Below, piece by piece: positions 1 to 9,851 of a stretch of DNA of 64,000 bases; positions within the stretch are counted from its first letter, which is position 1; each line of letters opens with the position of its first letter. This DNA is from an uncultured delta proteobacterium (GTDB taxonomy: Bacteria > Desulfobacterota > Syntrophia > Syntrophales > UBA5619), in assembly GCA_963817385.1 (NCBI GenBank), contig CAWFOM010000010.1, positions 379,676 to 443,675 on the forward strand. The letters run 5' to 3'. The notes beneath the pieces are model-generated. The model saw nothing but the letters and a program-made list of their open reading frames with translations. It made no database searches and was not told where the DNA came from. The position numbers were made by a program, and so were the translations under genes.

Positions 1-177
1 TGCCTCCCCGCCATCCGAAACCTCCTCGATCGGGATCGCCTGCAGATCAAGGAACTCTACCCGGGACAAAAGATCCTCAAGATATCCCCCGAGATCCTCC
101 ACTGCTTCGATCCGGAAGGCCGGATGTTCCTGAATGTCAATACCCCGGAAGACTTTCGGAAGCTGCCGACTGCATGA
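1..177 (+). CDS. mobA: Molybdenum cofactor guanylyltransferase, 3' end (partial)
   Basis: Frame 1 translates as ...FDPEGRMFLNVNTPEDFRKLPTA*; the F-x-N-V-N-T-P-E-D motif is the MobA C-terminal signature. Confidence 0.7.
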   Translation, partial: CLPAIRNLLDRDRLQIKELYPGQKILKISPEILHCFDPEGRMFLNVNTPEDFRKLPTA

Positions 178-295
178 AAAAGCGGCCTCGCGAGGAAGAG
201 ACAGACAGCGGCAACATGCATGAACGGGGTAAAACGCCATTAGACATTCCTGCGGCAATGGTGTATGGCTCTGTGGGAGGAAAGGGGAGCGGTCA

Positions 296-2228
296 ATGAA
301 GAGGCATCAGGTCATTTTTCAGCCCTCCGGCAGGCGTGGCGAGATTCCGGAAGGAACAACCATCCTTGAGGCTGCACAGTCACTGGGTGTCGGTATCGAA
401 TCGCTCTGCGGGGGAAACGGAAGCTGCGGAAAGTGCCGTATCAGGATCGAGTCGGGAACCTTCGAGCGGTACGGTATTACCTCGCTTTCCGACCATCTCT
501 CGCCGTTCACCGAAGAGGAGGGTGCCTTCATCAGCGACAAAGAACGGGCGGAAGGTTTCCGTCTGGCCTGCAACGCCATGATCCGGGGGGATCTCCTCAT
601 CGTCGTACCCGAAGAGAGTCGCACCGGCAGGCAGGTGGTGAGAAAAGAGGCCACAAAACGAGCCATCTCCCTGAATCCGGCGATTCGGCTCTTCCCCGTG
701 AAGCTCGATCCCCCCAGTCTGAGCCGGCCGCTGGGCGACTACGACCGTCTGGTTGCCGCGCTCGGGGAGCGCTTCGGCATCCCCCGTCCTGCGATCGACT
801 ATCCCGCCCTGCGTGCAGCTCCCCGGCGTCCTCAGGCAGGGGAACTGGCACGTTACCGCGGCCCTCTGGATGGAGCGGGAAATCCTCGCCGTTTTTCCGG
901 GAGAGGTGACGGAGGCGTACGGCCTCGCCGTCGACGTAGGCACGACCACCGTGGTCGGTTATCTGTGCAGCCTCAGGACCGGTGATGTCATCGCCACCGA
1001 ATCGCTCATGAATCCCCAAGTCGCCTACGGCGAGGATGTCATTGCCCGGATCACCTATGCGACTGGACCACCCTTCCGTCGGTCTGGAGAAGCTCAAGGG
1101 GGTGATCATCGACTGCTCTGAACCGACTCATCCGGGGCGTGACGGCCCAAGCGGGCCTCTCCCCCGCCGATATCCTCGAAGTGACGATGGTCGGAAACAC
1201 CGTCATGCACCACCTCCTCCTCGGAATCGATCCCCGCTACCTGGGGGTCTCACCCTTCACACCGGCCCTCCACCGTTCACTCGACATCAAGGCGCGCGAC
1301 CTCGGTCTTACGACCCATCCCGCCGCCAACGTCCACCTGCTTCCCGATCGAGGCGGGCTTCGTCGGGGCCGACAACGTGGGGGTTCTGATCGCGGAGGAG
1401 CCCTACCGCCGCGAGGAGATGGTCCTCATCATCGACGTGGGCACGAACGGCGAGATGATCATGGGAAACCGTGCAAGGCTCCTCTCGGCTTCCTGCGCCA
1501 CCGGCCCGGCCCTGGAGGGGGCGCATATCCGTTTCGGGATGAGGGCCGCCCCCGGGGCGATCGAGCGGATCCGGATCGATCCCGCGACGCGGGAGGTCGC
1601 CTTCAAGATCATCGGCGAGGAGCGCTGGCGGCCGGAGAGCCCGATCACCGGCGCCCGGGGGATCTGCGGCTCCGGGATCATCGACGGGGTGGCCGAACTC
1701 TACCGGGCGGGGATCATCGAAAAAAGCGGCCGCTTCCGGACGGATCTCGCCACGCCGCGTCTTCGGATGAACGACGGCAAGCCGGAGTTCGTCATCGCCT
1801 GGCGGGAAGAGACCTCCCTGAACGAGGAGATCACGATCGGCCAGCAGGATGTCCGGAGCGTGCAGCTTGCCAAAGGCGCCCTCTACACGGGCGCCAAACT
1901 GATGATGAAACGCCTGGGGATCGCGAAGCTGGACCGGGTGATCCTCGCCGGCGCATTCGGGAGCTATATCGACAAGACGGCGGCGATGCGTCTCGGCATG
2001 TTTCCCGACTGCAACCTCGAAGGGGTCTCATCGGTCGGCAACGCGGCGGGCGACGGGGCACGGATCGCTCTCCTCGATCGAGAGAAGCGGGGAGAGGCCG
2101 AGACGATCGCCCGGCGGGTGGAATATCTCGAGTTGACCACCGAGAAGGATTTCCAGCAGGAGTTCCTGGCGTCCCTGGCTATCCCCCACGAGAGGGACGC
2201 CTTCCCCCATCTTCCGCCTTCCGAATGA
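296..2228 (+). CDS. ASKHA/DUF4445 Fe-S protein (RACo/AcsV-type reductive activator of corrinoid proteins), split by about 3 indels
   Basis: N-terminal 2Fe-2S motif CGGNGSCGKC...RLAC; DVGTTT, MNPQVAYGEDVI, DVGTNGE, CATGPALEG, GICGSG and LAGAFG motifs spread over ORFs 296-985, 753-1121, 1139- and 1377-2228. Confidence 0.85.
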
Positions 2229-2233
2229 TTATT

Positions 2234-3811
2234 CTACAGATCGTTCCCTGAATAGGAAAGGTTGAAGCTTTTATTGATGAGGGGAAAATCGGGAACGACG
2301 TTTCCGACGGCCGCATAACCCAGGGCGGTCCAGTTCAGGAAGGAAGGATCGCGAACGGAAACGCGGCTGACATCTCCGTGAGCATCGGTCGCAATCAGGT
2401 ATACGACGTCTCCGCGCCAGCCTTCCACGATACCGACGGCGTAGGCATTCTTTCTGAATTCATGGACGCACGGCACGTTGACGTCACCCCGTGGCGGCAG
2501 ATTCCTGAGCGCCCTCCGAATCAGCCCGATCGAAGAATGGACCTCTTTGACGCGCACGGTGAACCGTGCGTAGACATCGCCGCCATGCTCCGTGGCAACG
2601 TCAAGGGGCAGCTTATCATACGCGGCGTAGGGGTAATCAACCCGCGCGTCGGCGGAAAAACCGACCGCTTTTCCGGCAACGCCGATGACCCCGTGATCAC
2701 GGGCGGTGCGTGCCTCCAGAATTCCCGTATTTTTCAGGCGGTTCAGCAGGGAATTGCTATCCAGCGCTACTTCCATGACCTCGGAAAAATCCTTGCGCAA
2801 TCCTTCCAGTTCCGCATCCAGGCGTGCGGCAATTTCCGGCGTGATTTCTTCGGATCTCACGCCGCCGATTGTGTTGACTCCCCGCAGAAAACGACTCCCG
2901 GTCAGGCGATCGTTCATCTGCATGACGATCTCCCGCAAGCGCGCACCGTGAGCTCCGCCGAAGTTGAATCCCGTATCGGTCATGATGGCGCCGATATCCC
3001 CCAGGTGGTTGGCAAGTCTCTCAAGTTCGCAGAAAATGACCCTGAGCCAGCCTGCTTTCTCTCCCGCAGGCGTGTCGGATAATGACTCCAGCGCCAGACA
3101 GAAGGCCAGGGAGTGGCTGTACGAGCTGTCACCGGAAACCCGCTCCGCCAGTTTGATCTTTTCCTGAAGCGGCAGGATTTCGAACAGTTTCTCGATGCCC
3201 TTATGGGAATACCCGAGCCTCGGCTCAAGAAAGAGGATCTCCTCTCCGGCAACGCTGAACCGGAAATGGCCGGGTTCGATAATACCCGCGTGCACCGGCC
3301 CGACCGGTATTTCGTATATCCCCTCACCGTCCATCTTCCGGAACGGAAATATGCCTGAAGCGAGGGGAGGCCTCGAATTCCAGGCAAAATCTTTCCGCAG
3401 GGGAAAGCTATTCTCCGGCCAGTTTTCATGGAGAATAATGGGTCTCGGATCCGGATGGCCCTGCGGAGTCAACCCGAAAAAGGACTTTATCTTCCTCTCA
3501 TAGGTTGAGGCCTCATGGATCGAAGGGGTGAGCGACGGGAAATCCTCTTGTATCCGGATGAAGGGGGCCAGGAATATATTCTCTTTGGGGATGCCGAAGA
3601 GATACATGATCCGGAATGAACCGGTCGCTTCCCGTTCATCGAATGCGGTTATCGTCTTCAGAGGCAGACGATGGCGGCGATACAGCAGCTCACACGCCTG
3701 CACGATACCACCCGGCGGCAGCTCGTAGGCAAATAAATTGCCGTACTGCCGAACTGCCGTTTGCGGCGGGAGGTATTCTTCAATGCGGGTATTTCCAGTC
3801 ATAGGGTTCAT
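2234..3811 (-). CDS. Ehr/HyfG-like large subunit (NuoC+NuoD-like fusion) without Ni-binding cysteines
   Basis: GPVHAGIIEPGHFRF and ELERLANHLGD motifs; ERVSGD and INKSFNLSYSGNDL replace the RxCGxC and DPCxxC motifs. Confidence 0.85.
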   Translation of the reverse strand: MNPMTGNTRIEEYLPPQTAVRQYGNLFAYELPPGGIVQACELLYRRHRLPLKTITAFDEREATGSFRIMYLFGIPKENIFLAPFIRIQEDFPSLTPSIHEASTYERKIKSFFGLTPQGHPDPRPIILHENWPENSFPLRKDFAWNSRPPLASGIFPFRKMDGEGIYEIPVGPVHAGIIEPGHFRFSVAGEEILFLEPRLGYSHKGIEKLFEILPLQEKIKLAERVSGDSSYSHSLAFCLALESLSDTPAGEKAGWLRVIFCELERLANHLGDIGAIMTDTGFNFGGAHGARLREIVMQMNDRLTGSRFLRGVNTIGGVRSEEITPEIAARLDAELEGLRKDFSEVMEVALDSNSLLNRLKNTGILEARTARDHGVIGVAGKAVGFSADARVDYPYAAYDKLPLDVATEHGGDVYARFTVRVKEVHSSIGLIRRALRNLPPRGDVNVPCVHEFRKNAYAVGIVEGWRGDVVYLIATDAHGDVSRVSVRDPSFLNWTALGYAAVGNVVPDFPLINKSFNLSYSGNDL

Positions 3812-5259
3812 CAATGAATGAGCGCCACCGCCGCATTGATCCATGTTTTCAGCGGCTCCGGCAGGAAAATACTGAACGTTATCAAAAGCGCCAGCAGGAC
3901 AACCGGCGGAACGATCGTCAGGGCGTTCGCCTCTCCCCGCTCCACGGGATCCGGGGGTTTGCCAAACACCATCGCCGCAATAAACCGCAAAAATCCCACA
4001 AAGATCAGCGCCAGCAGGAGAAGCGCGATGATGACGACCAGGGGATGCGAGGCGATGCCGGCGGTCAGGATATAGACCTCGGTCAGGAAAAGACCGAAAG
4101 GAGGCACGCCGGTGATCGCCAAAAAGGTCGAAAACAATACCGTTCCGGTTACCGGGAGCGCCGTCAGGACGCCTCTGACATTCGCGATCTTGGTAGAGCC
4201 GTATTTCAATAGGACATTACCCGCCGAAAAGAACAGGATGGATTTGGCCAGGGAATGGTAGATCATGTGCAAAAGCGCGGCGAATGAGCCCATGCCGCCG
4301 AAGCCGAAACCGAGTGTGATAATGCCCATATGTTCGATGCTCGAATAGGCAAAGAGCCGCTTGTAATTTTTCTGGACGATGATGATGAACGCGGGAATCG
4401 TGATGGAGATGATCCCGAAGAAGATGAGCAGATTCTGCGGAAAAGCGGTACCCAGCGCGACATCGGTGATCATTTTGAATTTCAGTATGGCCAAGAGCGC
4501 ACAATTCAGCAGCGCCCCCGACAAGAGCGCGCTGATCGGTGAAGGGGCCTTGCTGTGCGCGTCCGGCAGCCAGGTGTGCATCGGCGCCAAACCCGCTTTC
4601 GTGCCGTAGCCGATAAGGACGAATATGAATGCTATCTTCACCAGGAGTGGATTCATACCGGCGGCATTGGCCTGCAACATCTCCCAGGTGACAAATGCGT
4701 CAGCGGCCGTATTCGAGACAGGCACGAAGAACAGCAGGGTGCCGAAGAATCCGAGCAACAAGCCGATGGAATTGATGATCAGATATTTCCAGGCCGCCTC
4801 CATCGCCGTCGGCTTGTTGTAAAAACTGATGAGGAAAGCGGTCGACAGGGTGGTGGCTTCGATGGCGATCCACATCAGGATCGGATTGACGGTGATGATC
4901 GCGTAAAACATGGCCATCAGAAACAGATGAAAAAGGACAAAATATTGTTTCACCCGCCGGAAACCGATGATCTCTTTTGCCACCTCCCGTCTGAGATAAC
5001 CGATGGAATAGAAGGACGACGCAAATCCGACCAGGGCTACCGTTGAAAGAACAACGATGCCAAGTGCATCTACGGACAGATACGAACCGTATTGATAGCG
5101 GCCGTCATAAAAGACGGAGATCGCCGCGATGACCACGGCAACAAATTCCCCAGGCGCCGCCAGGGCCGTGATCAGCTCCAGCGGCCGGACCACTCTCCTC
5201 ACCGCCAAACAGGCGAGTGCGGCGACAAGCGGAGTCAGGATCAATACGAGGAGGGCCAT
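3811..5259 (-). CDS. HyfF-like antiporter membrane subunit
   Basis: Hydrophobic 482 aa; WIAIEATTL, EAAWKY, GTKAGLAPMHTWLPDAHS, YSSIEHMG. Confidence 0.88.
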   Translation of the reverse strand: MALLVLILTPLVAALACLAVRRVVRPLELITALAAPGEFVAVVIAAISVFYDGRYQYGSYLSVDALGIVVLSTVALVGFASSFYSIGYLRREVAKEIIGFRRVKQYFVLFHLFLMAMFYAIITVNPILMWIAIEATTLSTAFLISFYNKPTAMEAAWKYLIINSIGLLLGFFGTLLFFVPVSNTAADAFVTWEMLQANAAGMNPLLVKIAFIFVLIGYGTKAGLAPMHTWLPDAHSKAPSPISALLSGALLNCALLAILKFKMITDVALGTAFPQNLLIFFGIISITIPAFIIIVQKNYKRLFAYSSIEHMGIITLGFGFGGMGSFAALLHMIYHSLAKSILFFSAGNVLLKYGSTKIANVRGVLTALPVTGTVLFSTFLAITGVPPFGLFLTEVYILTAGIASHPLVVIIALLLLALIFVGFLRFIAAMVFGKPPDPVERGEANALTIVPPVVLLALLITFSIFLPEPLKTWINAAVALIH

Positions 5260-5263
5260 GGGT

Positions 5264-5920
5264 CTATTCCGTAAGCTTCTTCATCGTGGTGACATCAAGC
5301 GAGCCGAATTGCCGGTAGATCATGGAGATAAAAACGGTGGCAATGATGATCCAGATGAGGATGTTGAACGTGATACCCAGTTGCAGTCCCGGATTCTGCT
5401 CCAGCCCCGCAAAAACGCCAAAGGAGACGATGCCGTTTTCCAGGGAGAGGATGCCGAGCATCTGGGAGAGGGCGCCCTTCCGGTTGACGATCAAAAAGAG
5501 CGATATCATGATCGTCGCCACGGAAAGCAGCACCAGATGGTTGCCGTCGGCTGCAAGGTGCGCCAGCGGCCGGAAAACCTCCGTCCGGGTAAGGGCTACG
5601 AGCGCCGCGATTATCAGCAAGGTTATCGGCGTGTTCAGGTAGGTGCTCACCGAAAATTTCAGCCCGTGCTTTCGGATCAGGCCGAAAAAGAAATAGGGGG
5701 CGATGAATATTTTGACCGCTATCGTCGAGACGATGGCAACTGCCAGGAGCCGTGAAGATTCTTCAAAGGCAGGAAGCAGGAGCAGCAGCGAGATCGCCGA
5801 TGACTGCGCTATGTAGAGGCGCACGGCGGAAGAGTTCTTCTTCGTCAGGTGCAGGAAAACCGCCGCGGCAAAAATCACGGCTTGCATAACCAATTGTATT
5901 TGCGGCGCGATGGAAATCAT
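5264..5920 (-). CDS. HyfE-like membrane subunit
   Basis: 218 aa hydrophobic protein with SQMLGILSLENGI; position in the operon. Confidence 0.8.
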   Translation of the reverse strand: MISIAPQIQLVMQAVIFAAAVFLHLTKKNSSAVRLYIAQSSAISLLLLLPAFEESSRLLAVAIVSTIAVKIFIAPYFFFGLIRKHGLKFSVSTYLNTPITLLIIAALVALTRTEVFRPLAHLAADGNHLVLLSVATIMISLFLIVNRKGALSQMLGILSLENGIVSFGVFAGLEQNPGLQLGITFNILIWIIIATVFISMIYRQFGSLDVTTMKKLTE

Positions 5921-5923
5921 ATT

Positions 5924-6865
5924 CTACACGATCAATCCTATGGCGATAATGCTGATGATAAAGGAGGTGAACAGTAAATCCGGCAACCGGAAAATTCTGA
6001 ATTTCGCGATGGTCGATTCGATGAGCGCAATGGCCGCACAGAAGAGCAGACACTTCCCGATAAAGAGCGCCAGCGATCCGATCATCGCCGCAGCGGCCGG
6101 GGTATCGGCAATACCCCAGGGGAAAAACAGATTCGCCCCGAGGGCGATGAAGATCAGGTATTTATTCGCGGCCGCCCATTCGATGATGGCCAGTCTCTTC
6201 CCCGAATATTCCAGGATCATCGCTTCGTGTATCATGGTCAGTTCGAGGTGGGTGGCAGGATTGTCGAACGGATACCGGCCCGTTTCGGCCAGGAGGGCGA
6301 TGAAAAACCCGACAAATGCAAGAAGAACGGGCGGCAGATCGTAAAATGAAAGAGATGCGACCGCTCGGGAAATGGCAAACAGGTTGGTCGTATGGCTTAT
6401 CAGCGCCAGGGTCAGCAATGACAAGATTAATCCGCCCTCGGTCAGAGCGGCAACCATCATTTCGCGGCTCGAACCGAATCCGCCGAATGCCCCTCCGGTA
6501 TCCATGCCGGCAAGGGCGAGAAAGAAGGTGCCTAACGCAAGCAGATAAATCACCACGAGGAAATCCCCGGCAGAGGTATTCATGATCGTCATCGAAATCA
6601 GAGGGATGCACCCCCCGACCAGAACGGTCAGGGAAAACACCAGGTAGGGTGTAAAGCGGAAGACCCAGGAAGCATCACGACTCATAACCTCGTCTTTCCG
6701 AAAAAGCTTCCTCATGTCCCGATACGGCTGAAAGGGAGAAGCGCCCTGACGGTTCTGCAACTCGGCCTTCATCTTCCTCGTAACGCCGATAAAAAAGGGC
6801 GACAGGGCGGGTATCAGCACTAATTGAATGACCCAGGGCAATAGGGAAGTCGATGTCATCGTCAT
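5924..6865 (-). CDS. HyfC/NuoH-like membrane subunit
   Basis: QNRQGASPFQPY, GSSREM and ETGRYPFDNPATHLELTMIHEAMILEYSG motifs. Confidence 0.88.
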   Translation of the reverse strand: MTMTSTSLLPWVIQLVLIPALSPFFIGVTRKMKAELQNRQGASPFQPYRDMRKLFRKDEVMSRDASWVFRFTPYLVFSLTVLVGGCIPLISMTIMNTSAGDFLVVIYLLALGTFFLALAGMDTGGAFGGFGSSREMMVAALTEGGLILSLLTLALISHTTNLFAISRAVASLSFYDLPPVLLAFVGFFIALLAETGRYPFDNPATHLELTMIHEAMILEYSGKRLAIIEWAAANKYLIFIALGANLFFPWGIADTPAAAAMIGSLALFIGKCLLFCAAIALIESTIAKFRIFRLPDLLFTSFIISIIAIGLIV

Positions 6866-8910
6866 AGTACCAGCATCAGCAATAAGCCGGTCAAGGTTAA
6901 GAGAATATACAGTATGTAGACATTGATGTTGCCGATCTGGATCTTCTTGATCTGCTCGGCAACCCCCAGTGTAATTTTCTGCAGCGGTTGATAAAAATAG
7001 AACGCATAGACATCCTGAAATGCCATCGTGACGATGCCTGTTTTAGGGAAATATCTCAGCTTGGCGTCATGATATTCTATTTCCGTTTGTCCCGTCGGTT
7101 TTAACACGCCCCGAAAAACGGTGATGATCGACCGGGAAAAACCCGTTGCGGTGATCTCCATCCGCGAGGTGAGGTCAGCGCCGCAATCCCAGGTGTCTCC
7201 GATTCTTATCACCCGCTTCCGCGTGAGAATCACGAAAGCGGCGGCGATTGCGGCGGTCATAACCACGATACCCGTGAAAAGGACCGGCAGGGAAATCGAG
7301 GCGAACCCCGTCCGAACACTCATCAAATCGAATGACACGACGGACAGGTTCTCCATCTGCCGAAAAGCGGATAACGATGCCGCAAGATCGGCAAAGCCAT
7401 TCGCAACCCAGCCGGAAACAAATCCGAGAATCAGGGTAAGCAGGGCCAGCGCCGCCATGCCGATCCTCAGCGGCAGTGCGGGCTCCTTTGCCTGCGCTCC
7501 CCCCTCGCTGCGCGGCCTGGCCAGAAAGGTTGCGCCGAATGCCTTTACGAAACACGCCGCCGCCAAACCGCCGGTGAAAGCAAGGGCGCCGATTGCTGCG
7601 ACGAACAGCATTTTCGTCGCCAGGTCAAATGTATTCACCCCCTGGAACAGGGCCTGGAAGGTCATCCATTCGCTGAAAAACCCGTTGAACGGCGGCAGGG
7701 CGGAAATTGCCAGGGAACCGATGAGGAAGAAAAAGGCGGTCTGCGGCATAACCCTGATCAGCCCGCCGTATTCTTCGATGTTGCGGGTATGGGTTCCGGC
7801 AATAACCGCACCGGCGCCGAGGAATAACAGAGCCTTGAACGTTGCGTGATTCATGGTGTGGTAAAGAGCAGCGATGAGGCCGAGCACCGCGAACGTCTTC
7901 ATGCCGGCGGAAAGGAAGACGAGCGAGCTGCCCAGGCCCAGTAGGATAATGCCGATATTTTCAATGCTGTGATAGGCGAGCAGTTTCTTCAGGTCATGCT
8001 CGGAGAGGGCATACAGAACCCCGAGCAGCGAAGAGATCGAGCCGATGATCATAATCAGAAGCCCCCACCAGAGCGGCGGTTCGCCGGGCAACATATCCCA
8101 GCATATCCTGGCCAGCATATAGATGCCCGTTTTGATCATAACGCCCGACATCAGCGCCGAGACGTGCGAGGGCGCGGCCGGATGCGCGGCGGGAAGCCAG
8201 ATATGGAACGGAATGATGCCGGCCTTCGCCCCAAAGCCGACAAGCGCAAAGACGAATATGGCATTTCGGATGGCGAGAGGCGCGGAGGCGATGCCCTCTC
8301 TGATGGCTGCGAAATCAAACGAGCCGCTCGCCTGATAGAGAAGCAGGAATGCCAACAGGATAAAAGCGGTCCCGACGTGCGTCATGATGAAATAAAGGGT
8401 GCCGGCCTTGATGTTTTTTTCTTCATGGCGCTCATAAATTACCAGAAAATACGAGGTCAAGGACATGATTTCCCAGACGATGAGAAAATACAGGGCGTTG
8501 TGCGCGGTTACCACCAGGATCATGCTGGCAATGAAGGTATTGTAAAAGAAACCGAGGGCGCCGAGAGGGTATTTTTGAAAAAAATGGTTTGCGTAGCCCA
8601 AGGCATAGATTGAACAGAAAAAGGCGATGAGTGAGATAAGCAACATGAAAAAAGCCGCCATCATGTCAACACGGACAGACAGGGAGAGAAACGGAAATGA
8701 AGTCGGAACGGCAAAGGCCGGAACGATCCCCGTGATCAACACCGTGCCGGAAAAAACAAGACCCAGAAGCGATCCGAGAATAGCGCAACCATTGCCCCAC
8801 AGATTTGCACGGCGGTCGTTTGTGCCCGTGAGAACGGCGCCGATGGCGCCCGCGGCGAATGTCAAAATAACCAGGGAAAACCCGGCTGGTGATGGAATGA
8901 ATGCAAGCAT
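6862..8910 (-). CDS. HyfB-like antiporter membrane subunit
   Basis: WEIMSLTSY, KAGIIPFHIWLPAAHPAAPSHVSALMSG, YHSIENIGII, LPPFNGFFSEW and WDCG motifs. Confidence 0.88.
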   Translation of the reverse strand: MLAFIPSPAGFSLVILTFAAGAIGAVLTGTNDRRANLWGNGCAILGSLLGLVFSGTVLITGIVPAFAVPTSFPFLSLSVRVDMMAAFFMLLISLIAFFCSIYALGYANHFFQKYPLGALGFFYNTFIASMILVVTAHNALYFLIVWEIMSLTSYFLVIYERHEEKNIKAGTLYFIMTHVGTAFILLAFLLLYQASGSFDFAAIREGIASAPLAIRNAIFVFALVGFGAKAGIIPFHIWLPAAHPAAPSHVSALMSGVMIKTGIYMLARICWDMLPGEPPLWWGLLIMIIGSISSLLGVLYALSEHDLKKLLAYHSIENIGIILLGLGSSLVFLSAGMKTFAVLGLIAALYHTMNHATFKALLFLGAGAVIAGTHTRNIEEYGGLIRVMPQTAFFFLIGSLAISALPPFNGFFSEWMTFQALFQGVNTFDLATKMLFVAAIGALAFTGGLAAACFVKAFGATFLARPRSEGGAQAKEPALPLRIGMAALALLTLILGFVSGWVANGFADLAASLSAFRQMENLSVVSFDLMSVRTGFASISLPVLFTGIVVMTAAIAAAFVILTRKRVIRIGDTWDCGADLTSRMEITATGFSRSIITVFRGVLKPTGQTEIEYHDAKLRYFPKTGIVTMAFQDVYAFYFYQPLQKITLGVAEQIKKIQIGNINVYILYILLTLTGLLLMLVL

Positions 8911-8914
8911 GATG

Positions 8915-9436
8915 TTAAGGCCGGTTCCCATCCAGGTCATTGAGTATCTCTAACAGCGAACAGAGGATTGTATACGGCGATGGCGGATCGCCCGGAATCT
9001 GATAATGAACCGGCACAACCGTATGCGCGCCATCCAGGGTCGCGTAAGAACCCTTGAAGATCCCGCCGTCACTGGCATCATCGCCGACGGCTACGACGAT
9101 TTTCGGCGTCGGGACCGCATCGTACGTTCTCAGGAGGGCTTCACGCATATTGCGACTGACCGGGCCGGTAATCAGAAGCATATCGGCATGCCGGGGCGAA
9201 GCGACAAAATGGATGCCGAACCGCTCCACATCGTAAAACGGATTGCCTAGCGCCACCAACTCCTGTTCGCAGGCGTTGGTCGAACCGGCGGTAACCACCC
9301 TGATCGCGAGTGAGCCGTGAAACAGCTTTTTCACCTGCGCTTGTATGGCAAGGCCGGTGGCCAGCGCCGCGGCCCCGCCCACTGACGGACGCGGTTCGAT
9401 CAAACGTTTTTTCGTAAAAAATATTTTATCATACAT
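8915..9436 (-). CDS. Ehr/HyfI (NuoB-like) small subunit with degenerate Fe-S ligands
   Basis: YDVERFGIHFVASPRHADMLLITGPV; the Cys motifs read GSTNAC, VGDDA and IPGDPP. Start codon uncertain. Confidence 0.85.
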   Translation of the reverse strand: MYDKIFFTKKRLIEPRPSVGGAAALATGLAIQAQVKKLFHGSLAIRVVTAGSTNACEQELVALGNPFYDVERFGIHFVASPRHADMLLITGPVSRNMREALLRTYDAVPTPKIVVAVGDDASDGGIFKGSYATLDGAHTVVPVHYQIPGDPPSPYTILCSLLEILNDLDGNRP

Positions 9437-9769
9437 GGCAAGGGGCGTCTTTCTACACCGAATCATGTCAATAATCAATTCTTTTTATTCACGCAAGCAC
9501 CCCTGAGAACAATCATGCAAACAATACGTCAAACAATTTGCGCAAAGGTAACTATTCTAAGCAAATTTTCATGGATTGCCGATAAGAATTTTAAGCGTAT
9601 TTAGGCGGTCGAAAGGCGCTGAGGGAGTTTCTTCAGGCGTGGCCACACAACGCCACAAGACAAAACACACAAAAAACGTCTCCAACTCTCGAGAAGAAGT
9701 GTTTCCGCCGGACAGGCGGGGAATGATGGTCCTGCCATGCCTCGGCGGGTCCGCAGATGATCTCTTTGT

Positions 9770-9798
9770 TTGACATACGGAATCGTTTTCCCTATAAT
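9770..9798 (+). promoter_or_regulatory. Consensus sigma-70 promoter of the NtrC-family gene
   Basis: TTGACA-17 nt-TATAAT, 53 nt upstream of ATG 9852. Confidence 0.8.
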
Positions 9799-9851
9799 CG
9801 GGCAACCGGGGATTTCATGTTATTCTGATTATATTACCATAAGGGCGCTGA

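Noticed and set aside
2234..9478. Calling the operon a group 4 [NiFe] hydrogenase
   Set aside because: Both Ni-binding CxxC motifs are absent from the large subunit, and no maturation genes are nearby.
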